Source: Bacilli bacterium
GTDB lineage: Bacteria > Bacillota_I > Bacilli_A > ML615J-28 > CAG-313
Length of the DNA: 64,000 bases
Reading direction: 5' to 3'
Assembly (NCBI GenBank): GCA_017501465.1
Contig: JAFVWY010000018.1
Coordinates: 146,748 to 210,747, forward strand
Shown: piece by piece, positions 61,900 to 64,000 of the stretch
Numbering within the stretch: position 1 is the stretch's first letter
Layout: every line of letters starts with the position of its first letter
Notes under the pieces: generated by a model
Told to the model about the DNA's origin: nothing
Databases searched by the model: none
The model's input: only the letters and a program-made list of their open reading frames with translations
Made by a program: the position numbers and the translations under genes

Positions 61900-62310
61900 A
61901 TGAAAAAGTTATTAAAATATTATGGTAATATCTTCAATACTTACGGAATTTTAACTCCAATCGTAGTTGTTGCTTTAGCATTTGTAGTTTTACTAGCTAT
62001 GGAAAAAAATGATGTATTCACTTCATTAATCAACAATCATAAAGGTTGGTTCATCGTTTTAGTTATCGTAGGTGCTTTAGTTTTAGTTGCTGCTGCTGCA
62101 TTAACAGTTTTAAAACTAAAAGAAGAAGAAATTAACATTGTTGACTTAGGATTATTAGTTGTATCAGCTATTGCTTTAGTATTAGTTGTTGTTTTCTGTT
62201 TTAATCCAGGTAATGGTTCTGCATTATCAGTATTTAAATGGATTATGGCAGTTGTTATTTTAATTGCTGGTCTTGCTGGTTCTTGCTTAAGAAGTAAATA
62301 TTCTAAATAG
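61900..62310 (+). CDS. Four-TM membrane protein
   Basis: Four hydrophobic helices, AGAAAGGA RBS, terminator downstream. Confidence 0.75.
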   Translation: MKKLLKYYGNIFNTYGILTPIVVVALAFVVLLAMEKNDVFTSLINNHKGWFIVLVIVGALVLVAAAALTVLKLKEEEINIVDLGLLVVSAIALVLVVVFCFNPGNGSALSVFKWIMAVVILIAGLAGSCLRSKYSK

Positions 62311-62370
62311 TAAAAAAATAAGAAGCGTTTTAAATAAACGCTTTTTGTTTTTATTATAATTGTATTTTAC

Positions 62371-62399
62371 TTGCTTTTACAAAAAAAATTTGTTATAAT
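62371..62399 (+). promoter_or_regulatory. Promoter of the tRNA pair
   Basis: TTGCTT-17 bp-TATAAT with TG extension. Confidence 0.75.
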
Positions 62400-62421
62400 T
62401 ATAAAGCCATAAAGATTAGAT

Positions 62422-62495
62422 AGGGGATTCGTACAACGGTAGTACACCGGTCTCCAAAACCGTTAATGCGAGTTCGATTCTTGCATCCCCTGCCA
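62422..62495 (+). tRNA. tRNA-Trp(CCA)
   Basis: Acceptor stem aggggat/atcccct, anticodon loop ct-CCA-aa, TTCGATT T loop, encoded CCA end. Confidence 0.95.
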
Positions 62496-62496
62496 T

Positions 62497-62573
62497 GGCG
62501 AATATGGTGAAGTGGTTAACACAGCGGATTGTGGCTCCGTCATCCGAGGGTTCGAATCCCTTTATTCGCCCCA
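62497..62573 (+). tRNA. tRNA-His(GTG)
   Basis: 8 bp acceptor stem with G-1 (ggcgaata/tattcgcc), anticodon loop tt-GTG-gc, TTCGAAT T loop, CCA end. Confidence 0.95.
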
Positions 62574-62759
62574 TTTAGAATGTGTCTATAAGTCATTAGA
62601 TTTATAGTAGAAATATAACGATTTTAACATCAAAATCAAGGAATTATGCATCTATTTAGGTGCATTTTTTTATTTTTCAGTGAGGTTATTAGATTTTTGC
62701 AATTCAAGGGATTTGAATATAGGGTATTTTATAGGGATTGTAAAAATAGTCGGTTGATG

Positions 62760-62814
62760 GGATTTGAACCTATAAGAGAGAATGCTGGAAATAATTTTTA
62801 ATTAGGTGTATAAT
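62760..62814 (+). repeat. Dispersed ~55 bp element, copy 2
   Basis: ggatttgaacctataagagagaatgctggaaat...tataat; same 43 bp GAACC-to-TATAAT spacing as 988..1042. Confidence 0.65.
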
Positions 62815-62834
62815 ATTGATGTGAGGTATTGTTT

Positions 62835-63785
62835 ATGAATAATATAAATTTAGAAAAACAAATTATTGAATTAATTCCATCTCAAACAATGAAAAATGCG
62901 ATAAAAGAATATAATCATAGATTTACTGATTTAGAGTATGTTCAACTGGTAGAGCAGTTTGCTAAATCATGGCATAGTAAACTTAATTTACTAAACGAAA
63001 TAAAAGAAAATATAAATAGTAAGGATATTATTTCTTACATAGAAGCATATGTTAAATCGGAACATAATGCATATGATAAATTCATTAAAAAAGAAGAAAA
63101 TTATGTCTATGATATCATTATGGATTGTATATCAAATCATGATGAAGAAAGATACTTATGTATTTCATTTGATTCAATAATGAAAATAATAGATAGCTAT
63201 AGAGAAAATTTTAAAGAAGTTATTAATGAAGATGATTTTAAACATATTAAAATAACAAAAAGAAAAATTTCAACTTGGGATACTCCGCAAGAACTAGATG
63301 AAGTCGGCAATATAGATGTTTATCTTAATGAAAATATGGAAATGCATTATATTTATGATGATAATTATATTGATCCAGAAGACTATAATTTGAATATGAA
63401 TGCTATTAAATATCCAACAATATTTAAGGCAGGAGACTTAGTATATATAGATAAAAACAAACATGAATTGCAAGTAGGAAATTATACTGATTATTATTAT
63501 TCAATTTCAAAAGATAAAATTTTTGGTATTGTAGTAATTAATCAGAATGAAGTTGATGAAGATGGTGATATTGATGTTTGTTTTTTTCTAAATTTATCAA
63601 ATCAATATGTACATTTTAGATCAATAGGATTAAATGAATTACAATATGTAAATTATTTAGATTGCCATAGTCATATAGATTTTGGATATATAGAAAAAGT
63701 TGATTTAAATGAAGTTCATCCTAAAATCAAAGATGATTATGAATATGCAAAAGCTAAATTAATTGAACTTGAAATCATAAAATAA
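62835..63785 (+). CDS. Hypothetical protein
   Basis: ~316 aa ORF with GAGGT RBS and TATAAT upstream. Confidence 0.75.
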   Translation: MNNINLEKQIIELIPSQTMKNAIKEYNHRFTDLEYVQLVEQFAKSWHSKLNLLNEIKENINSKDIISYIEAYVKSEHNAYDKFIKKEENYVYDIIMDCISNHDEERYLCISFDSIMKIIDSYRENFKEVINEDDFKHIKITKRKISTWDTPQELDEVGNIDVYLNENMEMHYIYDDNYIDPEDYNLNMNAIKYPTIFKAGDLVYIDKNKHELQVGNYTDYYYSISKDKIFGIVVINQNEVDEDGDIDVCFFLNLSNQYVHFRSIGLNELQYVNYLDCHSHIDFGYIEKVDLNEVHPKIKDDYEYAKAKLIELEIIK

Positions 63786-63828
63786 AATGAAAAGTATAAA
63801 CAAATAGCAGAATAATTAAATATAGCAA

Positions 63829-63872
63829 AAAAACACCATTAGTCCTTAGTTATAGGATTAGTGGTGTTTTCG
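63829..63872. terminator. Bidirectional intrinsic terminator
   Basis: aaaacaccattagtcct-tagttat-aggattagtggtgtttt between convergent genes. Confidence 0.8.
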
Positions 63873-63879
63873 TTTTTTC

Positions 63880-64000
63880 TTATTTTAATAATTCAATTGT
63901 ATCTTTGATAATTTTTACAATTTTATTTTTATCTTTTTCACTTAATTCTTCAAGTAACTTAATAACTTCATTAATTACATCATCATTAATATCTTGTCTA
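63880..64000 (-). CDS. 3' end of a minus-strand gene (partial; possibly an XRE-type regulator tail)
   Basis: Reads ...RQDINDDVINEVIKLLEELSEKDKNKIVKIIKDTIELLK* into the terminator. Confidence 0.55.
   Translation of the reverse strand, partial: RQDINDDVINEVIKLLEELSEKDKNKIVKIIKDTIELLK

Overview
Very AT-rich bacterial DNA (Firmicutes/Acholeplasmatales-like by composition, RBS and sigmaA promoters; genetic code 11) with nearly every real gene on the + strand. Positions ~1-44.7 kb are an anti-phage defence island littered with pseudogene fragments. In order it holds: a two-gene Lamassu-like system; a small membrane protein plus ThsB-like TIR pair; a six-gene operon (HTH-m5C methyltransferase, GHKL/MORC-like ATPase, FPYPVL protein, DUF6339-like protein, HNH nuclease, small protein); an HpyAV-like Type IIS R-M system with a fused m5C+m6A methyltransferase; a five-gene operon (sigma70-r4 HTH protein, ParB-like protein, PLD-SNF2 helicase, Dam-like methyltransferase, small helical protein); an IS21 relic; a stand-alone TIR protein; an intact recCBD operon; orphan genes; and an ABC ATPase plus TOPRIM pair. 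The 29-44.6 kb block is bracketed by a ~75 bp imperfect direct repeat, and the left copy sits beside iteron-like sites spaced 22 bp apart. Positions ~44.8-64 kb are ordinary chromosome: TetR regulator, a surface protein with a premature stop, a heterodimeric ABC exporter, pepO, nadE, a GH9 hydrolase, murI, tRNA-Trp and tRNA-His. The best candidates for undescribed systems are the operons at 18.3-25.8 kb and 6.8-12.9 kb, then the island-borne RecBCD. All family assignments come from motif recognition by eye; no database search was run.
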